From a bacterium (GTDB lineage: Bacteria > Zhuqueibacterota > Zhuqueibacteria > Residuimicrobiales > Krinioviventaceae), in NCBI GenBank assembly GCA_963675755.2, contig CAXXMD010000003.1, positions 2,336,001-2,400,000 of the forward strand: a DNA stretch of 64,000 nt. The letters are read 5' to 3'. This document shows, in pieces, positions 8,867-16,767 of this stretch (position 1 is the first letter of the stretch; every line of letters begins with the position of its first letter). The notes below the pieces were generated by a model. The model was given only the letters and a program-made list of their open reading frames with translations. It was not told where the DNA came from and did no database searches. Position numbers and translations under genes: made by a program.

Positions 8867-10683
8867 AAAAGAGCAATAATCCAATTTCAAGAAGGTCTTT
8901 TATCACAAAATCGATTTATGGGACCGGTTTGGCTGCGATGAGTATAACAGCAAATCCATTTGTTAAAGCTGCGCATGCGCAAAACAAGCCCGAAACCATC
9001 AAGAAATTATTTGCAACCACAGATTATACGGACAATCTGTTTAATGAAAGCTTTATGGATTTGGAGCAACTGGACCAGTTTCACGAATGTCTGGCGTCTC
9101 TTGGTGTAACACGCCACCAATGGATTGTGGATACAATCTGGACGATTTATGACAACTATCCCCACGGCTTTGATCTGTTAGCTGAGGTTGTTAAATCTGC
9201 CCACAGGCATGGTATAGAATTGTATGGTGAGATCAAAACCTTTGAAGACGGCGGGTTTGGAGCGCTTTTACCACTCACCATGCCATTTCCCCAGGGAGCG
9301 GTTGCTTTAAAAGATATGCGGGGAATCGATCTTTTGGCGCGACCCTTTGCGGCCAGACATCCTGAAATGAGTATGAAGCGCAGGCCGGGTTCCGGAGATT
9401 TCAAACTCCCGATTAAAGCAATCCGGCTCGTCAAGAGGGACGATAGCCCCACACGTGTAAAGCCAGAACATTTATCAATCTGGACAAGCGCAACCAACAA
9501 CCGGTTTACAGAGTATACCGGTCCCGTTTCTTTTCGGGAATCGGTTGAATGGCGCAAGGGATTCCCAAAATGGAAGCAATGTAGGATTTTGCATTTTGAA
9601 GATCTGCAAATCCCGCAAGATCATCGTTATATTTTAATACGCAGTTCCCTGGCAGATAAAAAGGGTGATTTTACAAATGAAAAAGGGAAAATAATAGAGA
9701 TCATAGGCGCTGATGGAAAAATTATTCCCTATGGTCTCAGCAGAGGGCCGGCTGATCTTGATTATTATACCCGGGTCTTTTTCCAAAACAAAATGAGAAC
9801 ACAATTGATCCGCTATCTGCAATTGCCGGAAGTGCAAAAAGAAATAATCGATCCTGAAAAGATGAAATGGCATTTTCAGGATTTTTATCCCTTTGATGAA
9901 TTTTATAAAGTCACCAAGTCCTTGACGTTGGACCGGGAAGGATTTATTGCCGCTGCGTGTGGCAGGCCAGAGCATATGCTGGGGAATTTGAACCCCATAT
10001 ATCCCGAAGTTAGGGATCACTGGATGGAACTGGTTCATTTTTGTCTGGACAGGGGTGTGGATGGCATTAATTTTAGAATGGCGAACCATACACGCTCTCC
10101 GGAATATTGGGAGTATGGTTATAACGAACCTGTGCTCAAGGCAACAGGAGGAAAGCTTGATTACACAAGCATCAACAAAGTCAATGGTGATGCATATACA
10201 AAGTTCCTGCAAGACGCCAAAACCGTCATTAAAGCGAGGGGCAAGGGATTAACGCTCCACCTGCATGCCGGCATGTTATTCCCGGATGATCGTCAGGACA
10301 ACAAGAACAGTCTGCCTTCATTACCGCCCAATATCGAGTGGCAGTGGCAAAAGTGGGTGAATGAAATTGCCGATGATCTGGAATTCAGGGGGTCATTCAA
10401 GCTTCAACCCTGGAATTTACAAAAAGCCCTGGATATTTTTAGCGCTGTAACCCAAGCCGCCAATAAACCTTTTTACTTTCAAAGTGATTTTCACAGCTAT
10501 CCATCAGATGAAGGGAGAAAGCAGCTTAAACTGGAAGAGATTGAGCTTGTGAAAAAGTATCCGCGCATTGATGGATTTGTGCTTTACGAGACCGCCAATT
10601 TTACATACAAGGATGAAAACAACCGCATTGCTTTAAAACCCGATTTTATGGGCGAGATTATTAAAGAACATTATCAGAATTAA
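8863..10683 (+). CDS. Tat-exported GH-like protein, paralog 3
   Basis: SRRSFI Tat motif; same conserved blocks; ATGA overlap with paralog 2. Confidence 0.8.
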   Translation: MKKSNNPISRRSFITKSIYGTGLAAMSITANPFVKAAHAQNKPETIKKLFATTDYTDNLFNESFMDLEQLDQFHECLASLGVTRHQWIVDTIWTIYDNYPHGFDLLAEVVKSAHRHGIELYGEIKTFEDGGFGALLPLTMPFPQGAVALKDMRGIDLLARPFAARHPEMSMKRRPGSGDFKLPIKAIRLVKRDDSPTRVKPEHLSIWTSATNNRFTEYTGPVSFRESVEWRKGFPKWKQCRILHFEDLQIPQDHRYILIRSSLADKKGDFTNEKGKIIEIIGADGKIIPYGLSRGPADLDYYTRVFFQNKMRTQLIRYLQLPEVQKEIIDPEKMKWHFQDFYPFDEFYKVTKSLTLDREGFIAAACGRPEHMLGNLNPIYPEVRDHWMELVHFCLDRGVDGINFRMANHTRSPEYWEYGYNEPVLKATGGKLDYTSINKVNGDAYTKFLQDAKTVIKARGKGLTLHLHAGMLFPDDRQDNKNSLPSLPPNIEWQWQKWVNEIADDLEFRGSFKLQPWNLQKALDIFSAVTQAANKPFYFQSDFHSYPSDEGRKQLKLEEIELVKKYPRIDGFVLYETANFTYKDENNRIALKPDFMGEIIKEHYQN

Positions 10684-10700
10684 ATTTTGTTCGTATTTAA

Positions 10701-10774
10701 TTTAACGCAGAGACCGCAGTGACGCAGAGGGGAAATGATTTATGTCTCAGCGACCTCCTCGCGCTCTGTATTAA
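10701..10774. repeat. Mirrored triple-heptamer (CGCAGAG) element
   Basis: CGCAGAG/CGCAGTG/CGCAGAG at 10706, 10715, 10723; degenerate inverted CTCAGCG/CTCCTCG/CTCTGTA at 10746, 10755, 10764. Confidence 0.8.
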
Positions 10775-10789
10775 TGTTGGAGAAAAACA

Positions 10790-10818
10790 GCCCACGAACC
10801 ACACGAAAAAGCACGAAA
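10790..10818 (+). repeat. Triple CACGAA box element, copy 2
   Basis: CACGAA at 10793, 10802 and 10812; matches 2800-2828. Confidence 0.8.
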
Positions 10819-10865
10819 GGAATGACCTTGCCGTAATTTGAAAAATTTACTAAAAAGAGGGTGAA

Positions 10866-11489
10866 ATGAGCATCTATTTATACGTTTTAAACACACTGGC
10901 TGATTGGGAAATCGCCTATTTGACATCTGAAGTATATTCGAAACGATATTGTAAGCAAGATGTTTCTTGCGAGATTACCAAAGTCGGATCAGAGAAAAAA
11001 GCAATAACGACCATGGGAGGAATCAGGATTGTTCCCGATATTACACTCGAAGAAATGAATTTGAAAAATGATGATATTTTAATCCTTCCCGGAGGAGATA
11101 CCTGGTTCAATGCTGAAAATGAAAAGGTGTTAAATATCGCAAAGGAAAGAATTGATAAGGATTATCCTGTTGCGGCAATATGCGGAGCAACCGCAGGTCT
11201 TGCCAATATAGGGGCGTTGGATAATAAAAAACATACCAGCAATGATAAAGAATATTTAAAATATGCCTGTAAAGCATACAAGGGAGAGGCGTTATTTCAA
11301 AATAGTCCGGCTGTTAATGATAAAAATTTAATTACTGCTTCCGGATTGAATCCCATAGAATTTACATATGAGATCCTAAAATTGTTGGATTTGTTCAATG
11401 AAAACACCCTGGAAGCCTGGAAAGGTTTGTATACAAAAAAAGAACCGATATACTTTTTTAAGCTGATGGAATCGTTACAGAATGGATAA
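10866..11489 (+). CDS. DJ-1/PfpI family (type 1 glutamine amidotransferase-like) protein
   Basis: ADWE, LILPGG, AAICGAT nucleophile elbow, NLITASG; good RBS. Confidence 0.9.
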   Translation: MSIYLYVLNTLADWEIAYLTSEVYSKRYCKQDVSCEITKVGSEKKAITTMGGIRIVPDITLEEMNLKNDDILILPGGDTWFNAENEKVLNIAKERIDKDYPVAAICGATAGLANIGALDNKKHTSNDKEYLKYACKAYKGEALFQNSPAVNDKNLITASGLNPIEFTYEILKLLDLFNENTLEAWKGLYTKKEPIYFFKLMESLQNG

Positions 11490-11516
11490 CAAGTTTTTGG
11501 CGTGATTTGATATCCA

Positions 11517-11572
11517 AACGCCGAGGATGCAGAGGCGCAGAGAAAAATAATTTATTCTCGGGACCTCTTTGT
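11517..11572. repeat. Triple-heptamer element with decayed right arm
   Basis: CGCCGAG/TGCAGAG/CGCAGAG at 11519, 11528, 11536; right arm only partly complementary. Confidence 0.65.
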
Positions 11573-11980
11573 ATTCTATTAAAATAGAGTGTTCCTTCGG
11601 ATGAGAGTCGAGGAAGGTGGGTGTTTTGTTAAAAATATAAAAAAAAGTGTCTCCAGGAGCCAATCCGATTTATAAACAGAAATAATTTTTTTTAATTAGG
11701 TGTTAATAATTTTAGTAATGACTAGAATTAAGGTTTGAATCACTCCCATTCGCAATTCATAGTTTCTATTTCCCCTTTCGATTTACGCATTTGTCTTCTT
11801 GTTTCCTATTTCAATCGTTACTTGAAAATATGCATTTCTTTTCAGGTATTTTGTAGAATATTTTTATTCTCACAAAACACCACGAGTCAGATCTTTTTGA
11901 TTTAAAAGTATTTGGTCTGATTGTGCATTTGATTTGAAAAATATTATGAATGTTTGTAACACTCTATATATGAGGATCTT

Positions 11981-13570
11981 TTGAATATATTATTTGTAAC
12001 TGCAGAATATAAAGGCCTGGTTTCCATTGGCGGCTTGGCAGAGGTAGCCAGGGACTTGTCATCGGTGCTTTATCAACAAGGCCATGATATCCGAATTGTT
12101 ATGCCCTATTACGAATATATTCGGATACATCAGCTCTTTATTAACAAGCCTATACCGATTTGGCAGGGGCATCTCAAAGGTACAAAGTGGACATCTGCAG
12201 TTGTGTATGCTACAATGTATAATCATAAAAATGCACAAATCCCTTTGTTGCTCATACGAGGACATGACTGGTTTGAACAAGCAACTAATCTGAAACGGAT
12301 CTACGCAAACGAATCTGAACCTCAACCTTATTTCTTTTTTGCTGCCGCTGTACTTGAATTTTTACAAAGCGGACAGTATAATTGGCTTCCGGATATTATA
12401 CATTGTCATGATTATCATACTGGTCTTGTGCCCGTATATTTGAAAAATCGGTATCATGGTAGAATACGAAATGAACGTATTGGTACGGTTTTTACTATAC
12501 ACAATCTTGCTTTTCAGGGTATTTGTTCAAATGAGATTCTATCACAAGCGGGATTATCAGAATTCTTGGGGAAATATACTACCGGAATTGATTCAATGGA
12601 GTATTATGGTAAAATCAATTGTATGAAAGGAGCAATGGTATTCAGTGATATGATAACAACCGTGAGCAAAACCTATATGCGTGAAATTCAAACACCGGAA
12701 CAGGGGCATGGACTTGATGGCGTGTTGACTGCATTGTATCATAAAGGACGTTTGCATGGTATTGTGAACGCAATCGATTCAGATTTATTAAATCCGTCTA
12801 AACTACCCAGTGAGATTGCCTATTCAGCAAATGATTTAACAGGAAAAGCCAGGGCAAAAAAAGAACTTCAAATAAAGACAGGTTTAGAAGTGAGTTCTGA
12901 TCCCGTAATAGCAATCCGTTCCCGATGGGCGTATCAAAAAGGATTGGAATTACTGCTCATTGCCTTTCGCAATTACGAATTTTACAAAAAAGCGCAGTTT
13001 GTAATTGTTTCATGGCCGCCAGATAGTAGTGATCCCGAGTATTTGGGCCTGTGGTACGAGTTAAAAGGTTGGTCGCAAGAGTATCCCAAAAGGATTGCAG
13101 TACTGTCAAATAAAAAGATCAAAGTAGAATTGCATTACGCTGGTAGTGATATGCTGCTTATGCCTTCTTTGTTTGAACCCTGTGGTTTAACACAAATGGA
13201 GGCATTATGTTATGGCACAATCCCCATTGTACGATATACGGGTGGGCTTTGTGATACAATCAGCAGTAATGAAGGTTTTGCCTTTAAATGGGAATTCAAA
13301 GAACCATTGGATACATTTCAAAAAGTAAAAGGTGTCCGGGCAATGTTGTCAACTTTTAATAATGCTCTTGATGAATTTCAGCATCCCAAAAAATGGTCAC
13401 ATAAAGTTATCAATGCTTTAACCCATGAACATAATTGGTTGAATAGAGTTCCCAACTATGAATTATTGTATCATATGACCCTGGAAAAAATCGGCAAAAA
13501 TTTAGATAAACCAAAACAAAAAAGTGTCAAAAATTTGTATGAATTGGAATTAAGAGATAAAGTGTTCTAG
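11981..13570 (+). CDS. glgA: Glycogen/starch synthase family glycosyltransferase (GT5), variant N-terminal motif
   Basis: GGLAEV, DIIHCHDYHTGL, FTIHNLAFQG, SRWAYQKG, MPSLFEPCGLTQM, TGGLCDT; TTG start after GAGGA. Confidence 0.85.
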   Translation: MNILFVTAEYKGLVSIGGLAEVARDLSSVLYQQGHDIRIVMPYYEYIRIHQLFINKPIPIWQGHLKGTKWTSAVVYATMYNHKNAQIPLLLIRGHDWFEQATNLKRIYANESEPQPYFFFAAAVLEFLQSGQYNWLPDIIHCHDYHTGLVPVYLKNRYHGRIRNERIGTVFTIHNLAFQGICSNEILSQAGLSEFLGKYTTGIDSMEYYGKINCMKGAMVFSDMITTVSKTYMREIQTPEQGHGLDGVLTALYHKGRLHGIVNAIDSDLLNPSKLPSEIAYSANDLTGKARAKKELQIKTGLEVSSDPVIAIRSRWAYQKGLELLLIAFRNYEFYKKAQFVIVSWPPDSSDPEYLGLWYELKGWSQEYPKRIAVLSNKKIKVELHYAGSDMLLMPSLFEPCGLTQMEALCYGTIPIVRYTGGLCDTISSNEGFAFKWEFKEPLDTFQKVKGVRAMLSTFNNALDEFQHPKKWSHKVINALTHEHNWLNRVPNYELLYHMTLEKIGKNLDKPKQKSVKNLYELELRDKVF

Positions 13571-13635
13571 TTTTTACAGTTGAACTAGTTATAATCGAAA
13601 GGTTTTTGATACATTTCCGGGTGGCGTACTTGTTA

Positions 13636-14043
13636 TTATGATATTTGAGGATTTGTTTGAGGCCATAATAATAACAATATCTTTTGCAACCCTACCGCCA
13701 ACACACACCCAATCCCGTAATAGAGAATATCCATTGCAACAAACTGAACGCCGATGAGTGTTCTGCCTAAAAAATGACTGCGGATGCTTTCCAAAAGGGG
13801 AGAGCTGAGCAGTTGTGTGAATTCGATTGCGGTGCAGAATGAGAAAATGACCAATGCGGCTATAAGGGGATTCATGCGCGGGAGAAAGAAGATGAACAGA
13901 AAATACCAGAACATGGGATAGAAAATGTCCCCCGCGTATGCGTGAACCCAATCCTGTAACGGGCCGGTATAGAATTTCGTCCCCAGCCCAATGGGGATGA
14001 GAAGAATGAGGATGATGAGATATTTTAAGCGTATGGAATTCAT
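13636..14043 (-). CDS. DUF2809-like membrane protein
   Basis: YAGDIFY, IEFTQL, GRTLIG.F...DILYYGIG pattern with TM helices. Confidence 0.8.
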   Translation of the reverse strand: MNSIRLKYLIILILLIPIGLGTKFYTGPLQDWVHAYAGDIFYPMFWYFLFIFFLPRMNPLIAALVIFSFCTAIEFTQLLSSPLLESIRSHFLGRTLIGVQFVAMDILYYGIGCVLAVGLQKILLLLWPQTNPQIS

Positions 14044-14134
14044 TGGATTTTCCCAGTCGACTCCCTGGCGTTTAGGAAGTGCCTTTCGGAAGCAGGAGAT
14101 ATTGTTTCCCGCTTCCGGGGCGATATTTTACATT

Positions 14135-15688
14135 TCACTTTTGTATAATAATGTGTGTTGTACCATTACGGTGGATTTCAAGGATGTATGATCCGTCTTG
14201 CGCCTTACTGAAACTCCAGTGTTTTGAATCCAGAGGTTTACCGTCGGCAATAACACGGGGCTTAAAGGTCAGTTTGATCTTTTCGTCTCCCTTGTTGTCA
14301 AAAGTCTTGTATTCAATTTTATTTTCAGCATATTCTACATCGGTAATCACAGATGTTGATTGCAGGATATGGTCTTTATCCGCAGGTGCCATTTCCGGCA
14401 TGGCTGCAATGCCGTCAAAAATATGAGACATGAAATCAAAATAGGAATCTGAAAACCAGGGCCTTACCCAGCCAATTCCTGTCCGGTTAACTGCAACATC
14501 GTCCCAAGAGTGTCGGGTAAATGTAGAATAGGTAGATATGGCAAATGATGCCCGGGCTTCTTCTTTGTATTCCTCATCTCCGCTAACCGCATACCACATT
14601 GCTGCAATAGATGCATACCTTGTTGTATGGCTGCTCATTTCATCAAAACAGACAACCTGTTCACGTATGCTGGTGGCTCCCCAGTGTTTGGTTTGACCGA
14701 AAAGTTTTTCAACCCAGCTTATCATTGCGGGAATATGGGTTTTCCAGTCAGAATCCATTTTAGGATTGCGCAGGATATAGCGGGCTGTTTCCATGGGGAT
14801 TTGCTGATTAAAATTTGAATGGTTGTTTGTTACATCTTCATAATAGCCTGACCATATATTATTCTGCATTGGGTATTTCATTATCCATTTCCAGACAATA
14901 TCTTTTTTTTGTTCGAATTCCTTTCTGGGGATATCGCAATCCATTTGCAGCAATTCATCAAACATGATTACAGCATAGATCATACTGGCGGTATATTCAT
15001 CAATAATTCTACCGGTACGCAGGTCAACCCGAAAGGGCAACGGTGATTTAAATTCTTCACCCTCTCGAACATAACGTGAAACAGTGTCTGCAATCTTGAC
15101 TGCCGCGTCAAGATATTTTTGCTCGCCTGTCAATTTGTAAAAATTGATATATCCGATGGATACCATACAAATTTTGTCGACTTCGGAAAACTGGTCGGTG
15201 TATTCGCCATCGGGACTGTTATCCTGGGTCCTCGGTACATTTGGCCATACCCAGTCAGCAGGTGTATGGTAATAGAGGACACGGTCCAAGAGTAATTGTA
15301 TTGCCGCAATAGCTTCTTTATCACCGGTATACGCATAATATTTTTTTAAGGTTTCTACGGCCCAATATACATTTCCACCCTGGTTGTTTTGGTTTTTGCC
15401 GGTTCTGCCATCTGCTTCCATGCTTGATGTAACCAGATACAGCGGATCATCTCCGTAAATGGTCCGGGTAGTGGGACATTTTTTAATATAATTCATACTG
15501 CCATTGAAAATATGATCAAAAGTAGTCCATGGTTGTATACGCCCTTGGTCATCCAGTACGAGTTTATGGTCCATTAACTCGTAAGCGTTTCTGGCTAATG
15601 CAGGTAGTTGCCAGAAAATCAAAATAATGATTAATGATATTTTTATTTTTATAAATTGTGTTGCTTTGGTTTCTTTCATGAAAAACAT
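14135..15688 (-). CDS. Secreted hypothetical protein, probable (alpha/alpha)-toroid carbohydrate-active enzyme
   Basis: Signal peptide; repeated helical-hairpin signatures YAYTGDKEA, YKLTGEQKYLDAA, YAVSGDEEYKEEA. Confidence 0.65.
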   Translation of the reverse strand: MFFMKETKATQFIKIKISLIIILIFWQLPALARNAYELMDHKLVLDDQGRIQPWTTFDHIFNGSMNYIKKCPTTRTIYGDDPLYLVTSSMEADGRTGKNQNNQGGNVYWAVETLKKYYAYTGDKEAIAAIQLLLDRVLYYHTPADWVWPNVPRTQDNSPDGEYTDQFSEVDKICMVSIGYINFYKLTGEQKYLDAAVKIADTVSRYVREGEEFKSPLPFRVDLRTGRIIDEYTASMIYAVIMFDELLQMDCDIPRKEFEQKKDIVWKWIMKYPMQNNIWSGYYEDVTNNHSNFNQQIPMETARYILRNPKMDSDWKTHIPAMISWVEKLFGQTKHWGATSIREQVVCFDEMSSHTTRYASIAAMWYAVSGDEEYKEEARASFAISTYSTFTRHSWDDVAVNRTGIGWVRPWFSDSYFDFMSHIFDGIAAMPEMAPADKDHILQSTSVITDVEYAENKIEYKTFDNKGDEKIKLTFKPRVIADGKPLDSKHWSFSKAQDGSYILEIHRNGTTHIIIQK

Positions 15689-15800
15689 TTAATTGCCCTC
15701 AAGTTTAGAATCTAATATATCATTGTATTTATTTGGGTTTTCGTGTCATCCGTATTCTGTGGAAAAGCAATTAAATTGTACATGAATATGGATATTATAT

Positions 15801-15825
15801 AAAAAAAGCGGCTGTGCGCCGCTTT
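15801..15825 (-). terminator. Intrinsic terminator of purC
   Basis: AAAGCGGC-loop-GCCGCTTT stem followed by a T-run on the minus strand. Confidence 0.8.
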
Positions 15826-15827
15826 GA

Positions 15828-16625
15828 TTAAACCTCAAGGTCTTTGAATTGTTTCGTAATGTCGGCAATGACCTGGAATTTGGAACGGACGGTATCCAGC
15901 TCTCCACCCATGCGGTAAACGTCTTTATCCAGTCTACCCTTGGGGTCCAGTTCTGTCATGACGTTTTCCTGGTTGAAATTGGGATTCTCTTTGGCATAGG
16001 GCCACAGGCGGAACGAGCCACCGGACACTTCGTCGATCAGAAAAATATCGCCGTCAATGAGTCCGTATTCCAGCTTCATATCCATCAACTGAATGTTGAA
16101 TTTTGCAAAGGCTTTTTCAAGATGCAGGAACGCCACCTGGTTGAGCTCTACCATCTTTTTGTATTCCCAGCCGTCTTTTTTCGAAATGATGTAATGTACA
16201 TACTTTTCGTCCAGCAGCGGATCGTGCAGGGGATCGTCTTTATAGTGGAACTGGGTGATCACGGGATCGTACCAGGTGCCTTCAACGGCATTGCCCCAAT
16301 GCAGAATGGAACCCGTAGCTACGCGACGCGTTACAACCTCGAGATTGATCTTGAAATCGAGTTTTTTGACTTCAGAGACCATGTTTTCGGGACTGTTGAT
16401 ATAGTGGGTTTGCACGCCACAGCGGTTAAGGTATTCAAAAATGTCCTTGTTGGTCTGCCAGTCCAGTTGGGCCTTTCCTTCAATGACATCGTGCTTGACT
16501 CCATCTCCTGCTGTAATGTCGTCTTTGAATTTCATAAAAACGGTTTTGGGATTTTGCGGATTTTCATAAATGATCTTGGTTTTACCTTCAATGATCTTGT
16601 TGAGTGAATTAAAATCTATGGCCAT
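15828..16625 (-). CDS. purC: Phosphoribosylaminoimidazole-succinocarboxamide (SAICAR) synthase
   Basis: EGKTK, FKDDITAGDG, LEVVTRRVATGS, KDDPLHDP, DMKLEYG, LDKDVYR. Confidence 0.95.
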   Translation of the reverse strand: MAIDFNSLNKIIEGKTKIIYENPQNPKTVFMKFKDDITAGDGVKHDVIEGKAQLDWQTNKDIFEYLNRCGVQTHYINSPENMVSEVKKLDFKINLEVVTRRVATGSILHWGNAVEGTWYDPVITQFHYKDDPLHDPLLDEKYVHYIISKKDGWEYKKMVELNQVAFLHLEKAFAKFNIQLMDMKLEYGLIDGDIFLIDEVSGGSFRLWPYAKENPNFNQENVMTELDPKGRLDKDVYRMGGELDTVRSKFQVIADITKQFKDLEV

Positions 16626-16767
16626 GAATTGCCTCCTTGTACTTGCTGTTTGCTTTTTATAATGTATAATAACCTTGTAAATATTCCAAATATTTTATTA
16701 TATTTAAGATTGTACTAAAATTAAAATATAGCGCTTTATTAGACGAAATAATCCCCGGGAGTTGGAT

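Noticed and set aside
11590-11980. Possible ncRNA in the long intergenic region before the glgA-like gene
   Set aside because: Only a weak bulged hairpin near 11592-11615; no recognisable family
15849-16607. 252-aa plus-strand ORF
   Set aside because: Antisense shadow of purC; no motifs
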